Assembly: GCA_963843845.1 (NCBI GenBank)
Contig: CAWJMB010000002.1
Location: forward strand, 2,272,001-2,336,000
From: an uncultured Gemmatimonadaceae bacterium
Lineage (GTDB): Bacteria > Gemmatimonadota > Gemmatimonadetes > Gemmatimonadales > Gemmatimonadaceae
Direction: 5' to 3'
DNA length: 64,000 bases
Part shown: piece after piece, positions 1-14,436 of the stretch
Numbering within the stretch: the first letter of the stretch is position 1
Layout of the letters: every line of letters starts with the position of its first letter
The notes under the pieces: generated by a model
Database searches by the model: none
The model's input: the letters and a program-made list of their open reading frames with translations, nothing else
What the model was told of the DNA's origin: nothing
Made by a program: the position numbers and the translations under genes

Positions 1-2715
<2,715 letters not shown>

Positions 2716-2865
2716 CGAGATGCCTCGAAGGATGCCTCGGGATGGCGTCGGAACTTCGGCTCACCGCAACGTCATCGCCGGGGCCCGCCCGAACAATTCG
2801 GTCACGATGTGCGCTCTCTCATCGCGTTCGATCGGCGTACCGGCACTCCCCTTCCCTGCCGCCGA

Positions 2866-2900
2866 CAGGGAATGTTCGCCAGACGGGGTAACATTCCCTG
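2866..2900. promoter_or_regulatory. Perfect 11-bp inverted repeat CAGGGAATGTT-N13-AACATTCCCTG (candidate operator or hairpin)
   Basis: Read directly in the spacer between recX and the hypothetical gene. Confidence 0.55.
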
Positions 2901-3011
2901 CGTGGTGCGGCCTCGCGATGGGTCGTGGATGACATGCGGTGGCACCGAGCTCGAGAGCGCTCGCGCACGACGTCTCGCCGACCGATCGAGACTGGCGATC
3001 CTCGTCCCGGC

Positions 3012-3692
3012 TTACGGAGTCTCCTCCGCCAGCGCGTCGTCGGGCGTCTCCTCGCCGTTCGCCGCCAGCAGACGGGTCATGGTGTCCCGGATCAACGCGC
3101 CGTCGTGCCCACGCCGCGCGAGAAACGCGAACAGCCGCCGTCGGCGCGTTTCCGCGTCGACGCCGCCGAGGGTGCGCAGCTTCTTGCGCGCCGCCTGCTC
3201 GACGAGCGCCGCTTCGTCGACCGCTTCGTCCTCGAACACTTCGAGGATCGCTTCGTCGGCCGCCGCACCCCCCACCCCGCGTCGATACAGCTCGTCGCGC
3301 ACCCGACGCTTCGACGCGCCGCGACCCAGTACTCGCGACCTCGCGAACTGCCGCGCGAACGCGTCGTCGTTCACCAGGCCAGCGGCGGCGAGCCGCTCGA
3401 GCGCGCCGTCGACGTGGACGGCGACTTCCCCTTTCTGCACGAGGCGCCGCCGGAGATCGGATCGCGATCGCGGTTGCGCGGCGAGCATGTTCAACGCGCG
3501 GTCGTAGACCGCCAACACCGCGACCGCCGCGTCGAGCTCCACGCGCAGTGCGTCGTCGATCGCGAGGCCCACCCGCAGCGCGAACCGGTCGACGATCTCG
3601 AGCGACACCCGACCGACGTCGCGCCCGTCGAGCGCCAGCTCGTAACGCCCTTCCCTTCGCGCGCTCGCGACGATTCCGGTTACCGTCGTCAC
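3012..3692 (-). CDS. recX: Regulatory protein RecX (start uncertain; ORF is open to 3761)
   Basis: ALNMLAAQPRSRSDLRRRL, GLVNDDAFA, ELYRRGV, RRLFAFLARRG; directly downstream of recA. Confidence 0.9.
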   Translation of the reverse strand: MTTVTGIVASARREGRYELALDGRDVGRVSLEIVDRFALRVGLAIDDALRVELDAAVAVLAVYDRALNMLAAQPRSRSDLRRRLVQKGEVAVHVDGALERLAAAGLVNDDAFARQFARSRVLGRGASKRRVRDELYRRGVGGAAADEAILEVFEDEAVDEAALVEQAARKKLRTLGGVDAETRRRRLFAFLARRGHDGALIRDTMTRLLAANGEETPDDALAEETP

Positions 3693-3860
3693 CGTGTCGT
3701 TAGGCAGATGAACCAGTCGACCTTCCGACGGCGCGCGAGGCGGCACCCGGCAGGCGAACACGGCGTCGCGGGGCGCCTGCCCACTCGGCCGAAGAGTCTC
3801 GACCGCACCCTTCGGCCATCAGCACCTCTCGACGCGTCACATCGGCGCGAGCTGACCCCG

Positions 3861-4898
3861 TCAATCTTCGGTCGGCTCGATCTCGGTCACGCCGGCGCCG
3901 ATCCCGAGGATCCCCTTCACCTTCTCCTCGACCTCGGTCATCAGCGTCTGATTGTCCTTGAGGTACATCTTCGCGTTCTCACGCCCCTGGCCGATCTTCG
4001 CGCCATTGTAGCTGTACCAGGCGCCCGACTTGTCGATGATCCCCGCCTCGGCGGCGATGTCGAGCACGAGCGACGCGTGGCTGATCCCCTCTGCATACAT
4101 GATGTCGAACTCGGCCTGCTTGAACGGCGGGGCGACCTTGTTCTTCACCACCTTCACGCGGACGTGCGAGCCGACGACATCCTCCTTGTCCTTCACGGGG
4201 CCGATGCGTCGGATGTCGAGGCGGAGCGACGCGTAGAACTTGAGCGCCTTGCCGCCGGTCGTCGTCTCGGGGTTGCCGAACATCACGCCGATCTTCTCGC
4301 GCAGCTGATTGATGAAGACGACCGACGTCTTCGACCGGGCGATCGCGCCGGTCAGCTTGCGCAGCGCCTGGCTCATGAGGCGCGCCTGCAGGCCGACATG
4401 GCTGTCGCCCATGTCGCCCTCGATCTCGGCCTTCGGCACGAGCGCGGCGACCGAGTCGATGACGACGACGTCGATGGCACCAGAGCGCACGAGAATCTCG
4501 CAGATCTCGAGCGCCTGTTCGCCGGTGTCCGGCTGCGACACGAGCAGATTCTCGACGTCGACGCCCAGCTTGCGCGCGTACTCGATGTCGAGCGCGTGCT
4601 CCGCGTCGATGAACGCGGCGACGCCACCAGCCCGCTGCGCGTTCGCGACGACGTGCAGACAGAGCGTCGTCTTGCCCGACGACTCCGGGCCGTAGATCTC
4701 GGTGATGCGGCCGCGCGGAATCCCGCCGATGCCGATCGCCGCGTCGAGGTTGATCGCCCCAGTGGGGATCGACTCGACCTTGACCTTCGTGTCGGTCCCC
4801 ATCCGCATGATCGAGCCCTTGCCGCAGTTCTTCTCGATCTGCGAGATGGCGAGATTGAGCGCCTTCTTCCTGTCGTCCGTGATGATCGACGTTGCCAT
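3861..4898 (-). CDS. recA: Recombinase RecA
   Basis: [53 protein letters not shown] at 4898. Confidence 0.99.
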   Translation of the reverse strand: MATSIITDDRKKALNLAISQIEKNCGKGSIMRMGTDTKVKVESIPTGAINLDAAIGIGGIPRGRITEIYGPESSGKTTLCLHVVANAQRAGGVAAFIDAEHALDIEYARKLGVDVENLLVSQPDTGEQALEICEILVRSGAIDVVVIDSVAALVPKAEIEGDMGDSHVGLQARLMSQALRKLTGAIARSKTSVVFINQLREKIGVMFGNPETTTGGKALKFYASLRLDIRRIGPVKDKEDVVGSHVRVKVVKNKVAPPFKQAEFDIMYAEGISHASLVLDIAAEAGIIDKSGAWYSYNGAKIGQGRENAKMYLKDNQTLMTEVEEKVKGILGIGAGVTEIEPTED

Positions 4899-4954
4899 TG
4901 GTGTAGTCCGCCCGTGTGAAGTCGTGAAAGCGCTCCGTTCGCCGAAGCCCGAAT

Positions 4955-4983
4955 AAAATACGAAAATCGGACAGCTCAAGCAA
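4955..4983 (-). promoter_or_regulatory. Putative recA promoter TTGCTT-N17-TATTTT
   Basis: AT-rich island with sigma70-like spacing upstream of recA. Confidence 0.5.
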
Positions 4984-4991
4984 GCCGCGGG

Positions 4992-5366
4992 TCACCGCGT
5001 GACGGGGAGCGAGAACGCGTCCGGCACGTGTCGCACCCGGACCCCTCCCCGCTCGATTCGTACCCCGACGACGTCGAAGCGGTAGGCGTCGCCAGGTGCG
5101 CCGAACCGGTCGATCCAGACGTATGCGCTCCGCACGAGCTGCCGCTGCTTTCGCCACCCGACGGCTTCGACCGGGTCGCCGAAGTGCGCCCCGCGCCGAG
5201 CTTTCACCTCGACGAACGCCACGTCCTGCCCACGGCGAACGATCAGATCGACGTCACGGTGTCCGCTCCGGAACCGGTGCGCCACGATCGTCCACCCGCT
5301 TCGCGCCAACCACCGCGCCGCGATACGCTCGCCGAGGAGCCCGAGTTGCTGCCGCGCGTTCGTCAT
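4992..5366 (-). CDS. YraN family (UPF0102) endonuclease-like protein
   Basis: LGLLGERIAARWL, DVDLI, FVEVKAR, YRFDVV. Confidence 0.92.
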   Translation of the reverse strand: MTNARQQLGLLGERIAARWLARSGWTIVAHRFRSGHRDVDLIVRRGQDVAFVEVKARRGAHFGDPVEAVGWRKQRQLVRSAYVWIDRFGAPGDAYRFDVVGVRIERGGVRVRHVPDAFSLPVTR

Positions 5367-5402
5367 GGAGCGAATCTGCGGTGCGAGCACCCGCCGCCAT
5401 CA

Positions 5403-6203
5403 TCATTTCATCGCGACCGGTGACGGATCGTTGCGGCGCCGCACCGCGAGCATCGCGCCCGGGTCGTCGCTGATGATGCCGCGGACGCCACGCGCCCACA
5501 GCCCATCCGCCTCGGCGGGGTCGTTCACGGTCCACACGTGAACGGGCACGCCCAGCGGCTCGAGCACGCGCACGAATCGCTCGACCGGCAGCGACAATCC
5601 CGAGTACCGGGTCGGGACGCACATCACCCGGAACGGAACGCGGCGCACCGGCACGCGACTCAGCACGCGCGCCATGAGCCACGCCACGTCGTTGCGCGAC
5701 GAGCCGACCGCGACCGCCGAGTCCCGGAACGGCGTGAGACACGCCGCGTCGAACGCGTCGACCACGGTGCGTGACGCCGCCCCGTAGCGTTCGACGACCT
5801 CGCGCGTCGGCGCGGCCGCGGCGGGCGTCTTGATCTCGATCAGCAGAGGCGTCGATGGAAAGCGCTCGATGACCTCTTCGAGCGTCGGCACGCGCACCCC
5901 ACGCTGGCGATACGGAAAGGTCACCCCGTCGCGCGTGAAGCGGGCGCCCGCGTCGAGCGCGCTCACCTCGCCGAGCCGCAGCGACTGGATCGCTCCGCGG
6001 CCCGCGGTCGTCCGGTCGACCGTCGGATCGTGATGCACGACGACGCGCCCGTCGCGCGTCAGGCGCACGTCGAACTCGATCGCATCGACGCCGGCCGCGA
6101 CCGCCTGCGCGAACGACTCGAGTGTGTTCTCCGGCGCGAATGCCGCATTGCCGCGGTGGCCGATGACCAGGCGGCGGGTGTCGACGCTGAGAAGTGGATG
6201 CAT
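5403..6203 (-). CDS. Glycerophosphodiester phosphodiesterase family protein
   Basis: IGHRG..APENT, IEFDV, HHD..VDRTT, IEIK, HVWTVND, GIISD. Confidence 0.95.
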   Translation of the reverse strand: MHPLLSVDTRRLVIGHRGNAAFAPENTLESFAQAVAAGVDAIEFDVRLTRDGRVVVHHDPTVDRTTAGRGAIQSLRLGEVSALDAGARFTRDGVTFPYRQRGVRVPTLEEVIERFPSTPLLIEIKTPAAAAPTREVVERYGAASRTVVDAFDAACLTPFRDSAVAVGSSRNDVAWLMARVLSRVPVRRVPFRVMCVPTRYSGLSLPVERFVRVLEPLGVPVHVWTVNDPAEADGLWARGVRGIISDDPGAMLAVRRRNDPSPVAMK

Positions 6204-6272
6204 CGTCAGGAAACGAGCGGGGGGCGGCGCGCCGACCGAGCCGCACCGCCCCCATCGCTCACACCGAACCGG

Positions 6273-9149
6273 TCAGAACGCGTATTGCAGACGCGTCGTC
6301 GCGAGTCGGCCGATCTGCGGCACGCCCACGAACGACTGCCGCTCGTTGTCCAACAGGTTCGTCACGTTGAGCGACACGCGTAGCCCGCGAAGCTGCGGGA
6401 CCTTCCACGAGACGCCCGCATCGAGGAAGGCGTTCACCGGGACCGAGGGGTACGCCACCGGCGTGCCGACGTTGTACGAGTTGAACACGCCCGAGTTGAC
6501 CGGGAAGGCGTCCGCGTAGCGTCCGCGCAGCTCGGCGCCGATGCCGGAGCGTTCCTGCTGGAAGCGCACGGTGGCCGTCGCCCGATGTTTCGCCGCGTTC
6601 GCCGCGAGGGGATTCAATGCGGTCGCACCCGGGGCGTTCGGGAAGACATTGCGATTCAGCCACGAATAGGTCGTTTCGAGCGACCACTCGTTCGTGAACA
6701 GAAGGTCACCCGCGAAGTCGGCGCCGTGCACGTTCACGAAGCCGGCGGCATTCTGGTACGAGAACACGAGGAAGGGCTGATCCTGCAGGGCGTTCGTGAA
6801 CGCCGTCGCCCCGACCGGAATCGCCGCGATGAGCGGCGTGAGATTCGTCGCCGCGGCGGTCGCCGTGGCCTGCGCGACCGCGGGCGACTGGCCGGCGGCG
6901 ACCAATCCCTGCGCGACGCCCTGTCCGAGGAACGCGCCGAGCTGCTGGGGATTGAACAGCACGACGGGATTCAGTATCTGGGTCGTCGGATCGGCCGGTC
7001 GGCGCTGGAACCAGAAGTCGGCCGACAGGCGCAGCTTCTGGCCGATCAGCCCCTTGTAGCCGGCCTCCAACGTATTCGAGAAGTTCGCGCCGAGCGGTGC
7101 GTAGTCGCGGACCGCCGTCGTCGCGACCGGCGTCCGCGTGTTGAGATCGAGGAGCGACGATCCCACCTGCGCGCTCGTCGGGCGTAGCGCGTTGAGCACG
7201 GGTCCGATCTGCGTGACGAGTCCGAGCAACTGTGCGCGCGCCGCTTCGCCGCCAGCACCGAACGAGCTCGCCGGGAGACCGCGGATCAAGCTGGGCAGCG
7301 CCTGGGCGAGCCCTGGAAACACCGCCGCCGCCGACGCGGGCAGCAGCTGGCCGGGCGCGTAGGGCGACCGCATGCACAGACCGCCGTTGACGCTCGGATC
7401 GCAGCTGCGCGCGAACTGCCACCCCTGCTTCGGCGGATTCCCGAGGATCTGCACCGGCATCCCCGGCACGGGCGTCTGCCCGGAGAACTGATCGAGGAAG
7501 AACGCGAACGACGCCGGCGAGTTGAACGCGCGGTTGAAGGTCAGCCGGAAGTTCTGCGTCGGCGTCGGCTTGAAGACGAGCGCCGCCCGAGGCGAGAACT
7601 GCGTCCCCTCGATCCGCGAGTTCACGTCGACTCGGCCGGCGAGCAGCAGGTCGAGCTTGTCGAAGACGGCGGTCGTCGTCTGCACGTAGCCGCCGTACTC
7701 GTTGATGTCGTCGTTGCCGTCGTTGCGCCCGTTGATCGTTCCCTCGGTGCGCGGGCGCGTGGCGATGTACTCGCCCCCGAGCACGACGCGGGTCGGTCCG
7801 AGCTCGAGCCCCTGCTGCGCCTGCCCGACGAGAACGCTCGACCGGTCGACCACCGGAATGCCGGTGCGCAGGTAGTAGGTGCCGCTCGCGTCGCTCGCGT
7901 CGTCGTTGCCGGCGTTCGACGAGTTGTAGAACGCCTGGGCGAAGAACTTCTTGTGGCGGAAGCGCTGCTGGAGGTTGAGGTAGCTCCAGTCGCGCACCTG
8001 CGCCGCGCCGAACGTCGTCGTGATCTCCATCCCGCGGCCGATGCGCGACATGCCGGCCGTCGTGATGAGCTCGGTGTTGTCGCCCGGGCGGAAGTCGAGT
8101 CGCGCCTCACCGGACATGCGGCGCAGATCGAAATCGCGCGCCACGCACGGCGCCACGGCGCTCGGTCGGGATGCGCGTGTCGGTCGTCGAGTAGCGCGTC
8201 GGCTCGTTCGGGTCGACGTACTGGAAGTCCTTCGCGGTGAAGTACTCGCCGGAGAGCTTGTACGCGAACTTGTCGCCGGGAATCACGCCGGCGTGGCGCA
8301 CCGACGACGCGCGCCGAGCGACCGCTCGCCGCCGTCGAGCGTGATCGGCGTCGTGCCGGCGGACTGGAACGGCGACTTCGTGATGACGTGCAGCACGCCG
8401 TTGCCCGAGTTCGGCCCGTAGAGCGCCGCGGCCGGCCCCTGCAGCACCTCGATGCGCTCGATGTCCTCGTTCGTGCCGGTGAACAGGAACGGCACGTTGA
8501 CGCGCAGCGACGGCACACCGGCGAAGCGATAGTCCTGCAGCATGAGCATCGACGTCGAGAACGCGTTGTTGAATCCGCGCGAGACGACGTTCGACTGCGC
8601 GATGCCGCCCGTCGAGATGACGAGGCCGGGCTGCGCCTTCAGGTGGTCGGTGACGGTGGCCGCCGGGCGCTCCGCGATCCGCTCGGCGCTGACCACCGAG
8701 ATCGCGTTCGGCGACTCGAGGATCTTCTCCGGCTCGGCGCCGCGGGTGGCGGTCGTCACGACCTGGTCGAGCTGCGACGCGCACGCCGACAGCGTCACGT
8801 TCACGGTCTGCGTCTGCCCGGCCGACACCGTCACGGTGTCGATGCGACGCGCGGAGAAGCCGATCCGCGTCACGACGAGCGCGTAGCGGCCGGCACGCAG
8901 GCCGGCGATGCGGTAGGCGCCGTCGGACCCGGTGGTCGCCAGGCCGGCCGCGGTGCCGCCATCGGTGTTCGCCTGCACGCGCGCGCCGGTGAGGGCGTTA
9001 CCGGCGACCTCGGTCACGCGGCCGGCGATCGTGCCGGTCGTCGCAGGTTGTGCGACTGCCGTCGTCGCGGACGACGGTGGCCAGCGCGAAGCCGGTGACG
9101 AATTGCATCAGCGTGGACCGACGGTGCTGCGGGCGAAGCCGTAGGGCAT
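6273..9149 (-). CDS. TonB-dependent receptor with N-terminal carboxypeptidase-regulatory-like domain (frameshifted; start approximate)
   Basis: Plug motif IERIEVLQGPAAALYGPN, FSPRAALVF, C-terminal NLLD...LQYAF; split over ORFs 8283..9017, 8107..8784, 6273..8156. Confidence 0.92.
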
Positions 9150-9268
9150 CGGGGTCACCTCCAGAGGTAGGAAGACGCGCGGCGGGTGCGGCGCACCGAG
9201 AAGGGAATGCCGGGCTCGGAGCACGCCCAGCGTGGAGAGGACGTTACGGCCTGATCGGCGCTCGTCAA

Positions 9269-11740
9269 TCAGCCAGACGGCCGATTCCCGAACCGGTCGT
9301 CGAGGTCGTCGAGTCCCGACGAGGACTTCGCGCGGCTTCGAGCCGTTCTTCGGGCCGAGCACGCCGGCGGTTTCGAGCTGGTCGATGATGCGCGCCGCGC
9401 GACCGTAGCCGACGCCGAACTTCCGCTGGAGCAGCGACGTCGACGCCTCGCGCTGATGCACGAACAGCTCGGCCGCGTCGCGGAACAGGGTGTCGCGCTC
9501 GTCGCCGCCGTCGTCGAGTCGTCGGCGTCCTTCGCGTTCAGCAGTGCCTCACGCTTCTTCACGGTCTCGAGGATGTCCTCCTCATCGAGCGCCGCGTCGA
9601 CGCGTCGCCGCACGCTCGCAGCGCCTCGGCCGAGGTGCCGGCCTTCTTGTCGCGATACCACTGAGGAGCGCCTCGGTGTCTTCGCTCGACAGGAAGGCGC
9701 CCTGCAGCCGCGCGGGCTCGCTCTTTCCCGGCGGGATGAACAGCATGTCGCCGTTGCCTAACAGCGACTCGGCGCCGACACCGTCGAGAATGGTCTTGCT
9801 GTCGACGCCGGACGCGACGCGGAATGCGATGCGGCTCGGGAAGTTCGCCTTGATGAGTCCCGTGATGACGTTCACGCTCGGACGCTGCGTCGCGATGATG
9901 AGGTGGATCCCGATCGCGCGCGCCTTCTGCGCGAGCCGCGCGATCGGCGTCTCCACTTCGCCCTGCACCGTCATCATGAGGTCGGCCATCTCGTCGATCA
10001 CCACGACGATGTACGGCAGCGCCTTCCCCTTGTAGCGTGCGGTCCTCGAACGCGACGTCGGGACGCTTCGGCGTGAGCAGCGTCGCCCCTTCCCGAAAAC
10101 GCTGATTGAAGTCCTGCACGTTGCGGCACGCATTCGCGGCGAGCAGCGCGTAGCGGTCCTCCATCTCCATCAGCGCCCACTTGAGCACCGCCGCCGCGTC
10201 CTTGCTGTCGGTGATGACCTTGTGCCGCATGTGCGGAAGGTCGTTGTACACGGACAGCTCGACCATCTTCGGGTCGACCATCAGGAAGCGCAGCGTCTCG
10301 GGCGTGTGCCGGTACACGAGGCTCGTGATGATCGTGTTCACGCACACCGACTTGCCGGCGCCGGTCGCACCGGCGATCAGCAGGTGCGGCATCTTCGCGA
10401 GGTCGGCGATGACCGGCTTTCCTTCGAGGTCCTTGCCCAGCGCGATCGGCAGCGCCGCTTTCGCCGAGCTCGAACTCGGGGCTGTCGACGATCTCGCGGA
10501 AGGCGACCATCTCGCGCGTGGCGTTCGGCACCTCGATGCCGACCGCGCCTTTTCCCGGAATCGGTGCCACGATGCGGATACTCTGCGCGCGCATGGCGAG
10601 CGCCAGATCGCTGTCGAGCGACGCGATCTGACGCACCTTCACGCCGGGCGCCGGCTCGATCTCGAACTGCGTCACCGTCGGGCCGACCGTGCGACCGACG
10701 AGTTGCCCTTCGATCTTGAACGTGCGGAGCGCGTCCATCAGCTTCGCGCCCGCCGCGTCGAGCTCGCGTCGATTCACCTCGACGTTCCGCGGTGGCGCCG
10801 CGCTCAGCAGTGCCTTCGGCGGGCGCTCGGTCATCGCACCGTTCTCGCCGTCGACGGGCACGTCGCCGGCGCTGATCGCCGACATCAGCCGATCGGCCGC
10901 CACGGTCGTCTCGTCACCGCCTTTCGCCTTCCGCTTCCGACCGCGCGCCTCGGCGGCGTCGCTCGACGTCGCGATGGATTCGACCTGTGCGAGAAACGAC
11001 GGGTTCACCGAGGGCATCTCGTGCGGCGCCGGCTCGAGCTCGACGGCGATGTCACCGACCTCGCCCGTCTTCGCGCGGCGACGCCGGCCGCCGGTCGCCG
11101 CAGCGCCGTCTGCCTCGGACTGGGCGGCGATCGCGATCGGATCGTCGCCCCGGTGCGGTCCATGCCGCACGAGCAGCGCGCGCAGCGGGCTCCACGCGAG
11201 CGTCGTCACCGTCAGCACGCTCAACGCGAACGAGACGACGAGCCACGCGCCGACCGTGCCGAACAGGTCGCGGGTCGAGATCGCGAGGAACGCGCCCCAC
11301 AGCCCGGCCGCCGCACTCCGCTCCGCCTGTACCCGGATCCCCAGCGCCAGCGCGACCACGACCGGCATGAGCAGCACGAGCCCGCCGAGGAAGAGCAACC
11401 AGTCGCGGTCCGCGCGCTTGCCGAGGCGCTTGAAGTGGCGAAGGGCGTGCACGCCGGGCGCGATCGGTACCCAGAGCGCACCCGCCCAGCCGAAGCCGGC
11501 GAGCAGCGGCTCTGCGATCACGTCGCCGACGATGCCGAACGCGCTTCGCCCTGCCCCGCCGACGGCACGCGCAGCGAGCACGCCGCCGACGAAGAGCGCG
11601 GTGAGGAGAAAGGCGACCGCAGTCAGCTCCTGCCGGAGCGCCGTGGCGCGCGTGTCGTCAGACGGGAGTGTTCCGCGGGCGGGAGAGGGAGCGCCACGAC
11701 GCCCCCCGGGCGGGACTCCCGGGAGGGCCGGTACGCCCAT
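9269..11740 (-). CDS. ftsK: DNA translocase FtsK/SpoIIIE (frameshifted)
   Basis: N-terminal TM helices, [40 protein letters not shown], gamma domain [21 protein letters not shown]. Confidence 0.96.
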
Positions 11741-11743
11741 GAA

Positions 11744-12490
11744 CTACCGCTCCCAGTCAGGTCCGAGCGACACAATCTGCCGGTCGACGTACAGCGGCAC
11801 AACCGGGTGCGCGTCGACCTCGGCGCACGCGAGGAGGTCGTCGCCGAACCCGGCCGCGAGGAGCAGCTTGCCGTGATCGGAGTCGGCGAACAGGCCGCCG
11901 AGGCGGTCGCCGTATTGCTTGTCGATGAACGTGCAGACCCGCGCCGCGTCGTTCATCGCGACGTTCGGCATCCGCCGCGCGACGCCGCGTGCGAAGCGCC
12001 CCGCGCAGGCCGCGTCCTCGAGCCCGAAGTAGCGATCGCGCCCCGCGCAGATGATCGCGACGTCGATCCCGCCCCGCGCCGCGGCGCGGAGGAGGGCGAG
12101 CGCGGCGGAGAAGTTCACGTACGACGCGACGACGACGTCGCGCGCGCCCTGCGTGGCGAGCAGCGCCGGCGTGCCGTTCGTCGTCGACATGAGGATCGTG
12201 CGATCCGCGACGGCCTCGCGCGTGAACTCGGCCGGCGAGTTGCCGAAATCGAAGCCCGGCACCGCGAGCATCCGCCGTTCCCCGGCGAGCCGCACGTCTT
12301 CACGCGCGAAGCTCTTGGACCGGCTGATGACTTCCTCGGTGCTGTCGAACGGCACGACGCACCGCGCGCCGTGGTCGAGCGCGGTCGCGATCGTCGTCGA
12401 CGCACGCAGCACGTCGATGACCGCGACGACACGACCGGCGACGTCGGCCTGACCCACCGACGCCGCCCCGAACGACACATCGATCCGCAC
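11744..12490 (-). CDS. comB: 2-phosphosulfolactate phosphatase (ComB) family protein
   Basis: VIDVLRASTT, LAGER, FDFGNSP, TTNGT, LEDAACAG; GTG start at 12490. Confidence 0.92.
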   Translation of the reverse strand: MRIDVSFGAASVGQADVAGRVVAVIDVLRASTTIATALDHGARCVVPFDSTEEVISRSKSFAREDVRLAGERRMLAVPGFDFGNSPAEFTREAVADRTILMSTTNGTPALLATQGARDVVVASYVNFSAALALLRAAARGGIDVAIICAGRDRYFGLEDAACAGRFARGVARRMPNVAMNDAARVCTFIDKQYGDRLGGLFADSDHGKLLLAAGFGDDLLACAEVDAHPVVPLYVDRQIVSLGPDWER

Positions 12491-12492
12491 CG

Positions 12493-13884
12493 CTACGCGT
12501 GCTCCCGGCTCGCCGCGGTGCCGTCGCGCTGCAGCTCGCTCTTGATGCGGTCGAACTCGCGCTCGAGCCACTTCGTGTCCACGTCTCCCGCCTGGAACTG
12601 CGGGTGCTGCATGACGCGCGCGAGGAACGGGCTCGTCGTCGTCACACCCTCGATGATGAGACTCTCGAGGGCGATCTGCATCCGACGCAGCGCTTCCTCG
12701 CGATCGCGCCCCTGCACGATGAGCTTCGCGATGAGCGAGTCGTAGTACGGCGGTACCGTGTAGCCGGCGTAGACGTGCGTGTCGAGCCGCACCCCCGGCC
12801 CGCCCGCAGGATGAAACGTCTCGATCCGCCCCGGCGACGGCTGGAAGTTCTTCAGCGGATCTTCGGCGTTCACGCGGCACTCGATGACGTGCCCCCGCAG
12901 GGGCGGCAGCGTCGACACCGAGAGCTTCCCGCCCGCGGCGACGCGGATCTGCTCCTTCACGAGGTCGATCCCGGTGATCATCTCGGTGACCGGATGCTCG
13001 ACCTGGATGCGCGTGTTCATCTCCATGAAGTAGAACGAGAAGTCCTCGTTCAACAACATCTCGACCGTGCCCGCTCCGACGTAATTGATCGCCTTCGCCC
13101 CGCGCACCGCGGCCTCACCCATGCGCGCGCGCAGCTCGGGCGTCATCACCGGGCACGGCGACTCCTCGACGAGCTTCTGATGTCGCCGCTGCACCGAGCA
13201 GTCGCGCTCACCGAGGTGGATGACGTTCCCGTACGTGTCGCCGAGGATCTGGAACTCGACGTGGCGCGGGCGCGTGAGATACTTCTCGACGTACACGTCG
13301 CCGTTGTTGAACGCGCTGAGCGCCTCCGAGCGCGCGAGCTGGAACGAGCGCGCGAACTCGTCGGACTCGGTCGCCACGCGCATGCCTTTGCCGCCGCCGC
13401 CGGCCGCCGCTTTGATGATGACCGGGAACCCGATCTCCTCGGCGAAGCGGAGCGCCTCGTCCGGATCGTCGACCGGACCAGGAGTGCCCGGCACCACGGG
13501 GACGCCGACCGCCGCCATCGCCTTTCGTGCGGCGGCCTTGTCGCCCATGACGCGGATCTGATCCGCCGTCGGACCGATGAACGTGATCCCCGACGCCGTG
13601 CACGTCTCCGCGAACTCGGCGTTCTCGGCGAGGAAGCCGTAGCCCGGATGGATCGCGTCCGCCCCGGTGATCTCGGCCGCGGCGATGATGCGCGGGATGT
13701 TGAGGTACGACTCGCGCGACGGCGGCGGTCCGATGCAGACGTCGTCGTCCGCGAAGCGTACGTGGAGCGACTCGCGGTCGGCCTCCGAATACACCGCGAC
13801 CGTCTGCACGCCGAGCTCACGGCAGGCACGGATGACGCGGAGCGCGATCTCGCCGCGGTTCGCGATGAGGACTTTCTTGAACAT
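12493..13884 (-). CDS. accC: Acetyl-CoA carboxylase biotin carboxylase subunit
   Basis: [55 protein letters not shown]. Confidence 0.98.
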   Translation of the reverse strand: MFKKVLIANRGEIALRVIRACRELGVQTVAVYSEADRESLHVRFADDDVCIGPPPSRESYLNIPRIIAAAEITGADAIHPGYGFLAENAEFAETCTASGITFIGPTADQIRVMGDKAAARKAMAAVGVPVVPGTPGPVDDPDEALRFAEEIGFPVIIKAAAGGGGKGMRVATESDEFARSFQLARSEALSAFNNGDVYVEKYLTRPRHVEFQILGDTYGNVIHLGERDCSVQRRHQKLVEESPCPVMTPELRARMGEAAVRGAKAINYVGAGTVEMLLNEDFSFYFMEMNTRIQVEHPVTEMITGIDLVKEQIRVAAGGKLSVSTLPPLRGHVIECRVNAEDPLKNFQPSPGRIETFHPAGGPGVRLDTHVYAGYTVPPYYDSLIAKLIVQGRDREEALRRMQIALESLIIEGVTTTSPFLARVMQHPQFQAGDVDTKWLEREFDRIKSELQRDGTAASREHA

Positions 13885-13911
13885 CAGCGGGTGCCTAACG
13901 CAGTGAGGCGC

Positions 13912-14422
13912 TCACCCATGCGGGTCGATGCGGAACAGCACCTGCCCGTACTCGACCGGGTGCGCGTTCGTCGCCACGAGTTCGCGCACGACGCCGTCGA
14001 CCTCGCTCTCGATCTCGTTCATGATCTTCATCGCCTCGATGATGCAGACGATCTGCCCTTTCGCGACGCGCTGGCCGACGCTGACGTAGGGCGGCGAACT
14101 CGGGTCCGCCGATGCGTAGAACGTCCCCACCATCGGCGACTTGATCTCGGCGAGCTTCGCGCTCGCGGCCGCGGGTGGCGCGGGTGCCGCCTTCGGCGCC
14201 TCGGTGACGCGCCGGCATGCTCTCGGCGGGCGTCGGGAGCGAGGGCGCGAGTTGGGGCGCCATCATGGCCGGCATGGACGCCGCCATCTGCACGCCGCCG
14301 CGCTGCTGCGGCGTCTTCGAGATCCGCAGCTTCATCCCCTTGTCGGAGGAGATCTCGATCGAATCGACGGACGAGCCGTCGAGCATCTCGATGAGCTTCT
14401 TGACGTAGCGAAGATCGATCAT
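13912..14422 (-). CDS. accB: Biotin carboxyl carrier protein (frameshifted)
   Basis: N-terminus MIDLRYVKKLIEM; C-terminus SPMVGTFY...IEAMKIMNEIE...VEYGQ. Confidence 0.95.
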
Positions 14423-14436
14423 GGGATCCGGTGGGG

